58,175 bases of DNA. Source: Candidatus Nealsonbacteria bacterium. GTDB lineage: Bacteria; Patescibacteriota; Minisyncoccia; Minisyncoccales; JAUWAW01. The notes beneath the pieces were generated by a model. That model was not told the origin of the DNA and made no database searches. It was given only the letters and a program-made list of their open reading frames with translations. Positions 57,559 through 58,175 of this stretch are shown here, one piece after another (the stretch's first letter is position 1; the number at the start of each line of letters is the position of its first letter). The DNA is taken from positions 1-58,175 of the forward strand of contig JAUWAW010000003.1 in NCBI GenBank assembly GCA_030601865.1. The letters are read 5' to 3'. The position numbers and the translations under genes are program-made.

Positions 57559-58175
57559 AAGCCATAATCTTAGCCGGAGGAAAAGGCACTCGGCTTTATC
57601 CGATAACTTATGAGATTCCCAAGCCCTTGTTGCCAGTGAAAGGAAAACCAATTATTAATTATTTGGTGGAGCTTTTTTTAGAACAGGGAGTGTCTGAAAT
57701 TGCTGTTTCAATTAATCAGAATTTTAGAGAAGATTTTGACTGGTGGAAGAAAAGATATTACCCGGACAAGCAAATTCAGTTTTGTGAGGAAAAAGAGGCG
57801 TTGGGAACTTTTGGCGGACTTTGGTACTTAAAAGATTGGTTGATTGATGCCCCTTTCTTTTTCAGTAATGGAGATGAGTTGAAGAAAATAGAGTTGAGCA
57901 AAATGAAGGACTTTCATAAAAAGCAAGGAGGGTTGGCAACCATTGCTTTAGTTAAGGTTCCTGACCTGCAAAATTACGGAGTGGCTTTGTGTAAAAACGG
58001 TTTTATTGAAAAGTTCATAGGAAAACCCAAAAATCCCCCCTCCAATTGTATTTCTTCTGGGTTGTATCTTCTTTCTCCAGAAATTTTTCAATATCACCCT
58101 GGTCCCCAATTCTCCATGATAGAAAAAGACCTTTTTCCTCAATTAGCCCAGGAAAAAAAATTGGCCGGCTTTCAA
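57555..58175 (+). CDS. sugar-1-phosphate nucleotidylyltransferase (partial, runs off the window)
   Basis: MKAIILAGGKGTRLYPIT..PKPLLPV is the canonical G-rich NTP-transferase N-terminus. The frame is open to the end of the window. Not in the supplied ORF track because it has no stop. Confidence 0.85.
   Translation, partial: MKAIILAGGKGTRLYPITYEIPKPLLPVKGKPIINYLVELFLEQGVSEIAVSINQNFREDFDWWKKRYYPDKQIQFCEEKEALGTFGGLWYLKDWLIDAPFFFSNGDELKKIELSKMKDFHKKQGGLATIALVKVPDLQNYGVALCKNGFIEKFIGKPKNPPSNCISSGLYLLSPEIFQYHPGPQFSMIEKDLFPQLAQEKKLAGFQ

Overview
This is a 58.2-kb AT-rich bacterial window. Small housekeeping genes, giant lamin-tail-domain and S-layer-like surface proteins, many GT4 glycosyltransferases and IS200-like/RAYT genes look most like a Patescibacteria/CPR-type genome; that assignment is inference only. 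Housekeeping content: two tandem tRNA-Ser genes, clpP, a ppaC-like pyrophosphatase, nusA, hisC, hisD, greA, hpf, apt, mtnP, clpB and lexA. Accessory content: (1) a large serine recombinase flanked by perfect 91-bp inverted repeats that abut a tRNA-Ser 3' end. (2) Two divergent RAYT-like (IS200-like HUH/Y1) genes, each flanked by and internally carrying its own palindromic REP family. One REP family is scattered through the window. (3) Many short hairpin-forming elements sit in-frame inside protein-coding genes (hisD, mtnP, a sigma factor, a glycosyltransferase, surface proteins). (4) An ECF sigma/anti-sigma locus lies next to three or four giant secreted proteins. (5) A roughly 16-kb glycan-biosynthesis cluster is split by a visibly more AT-rich island of about 7 kb. 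The island carries a Panacea-type TA pair, a type II R-M pair chained to lexA, and a four-gene operon: mini-SNase, a 211-aa unknown, a SIR2-like protein and a translin/TRAX-like protein. That operon is my best candidate for an undescribed defence-type system. I also note a 68-bp promoter-like repeat (4 copies), an 11-mer containing a perfect DnaA-box sequence (4 exact copies at promoters and module borders), and a GC-rich structured region ending in a terminator just upstream of clpB. I saw no rRNA and no CRISPR array. All family calls come from motif reading by eye, with no searches run.
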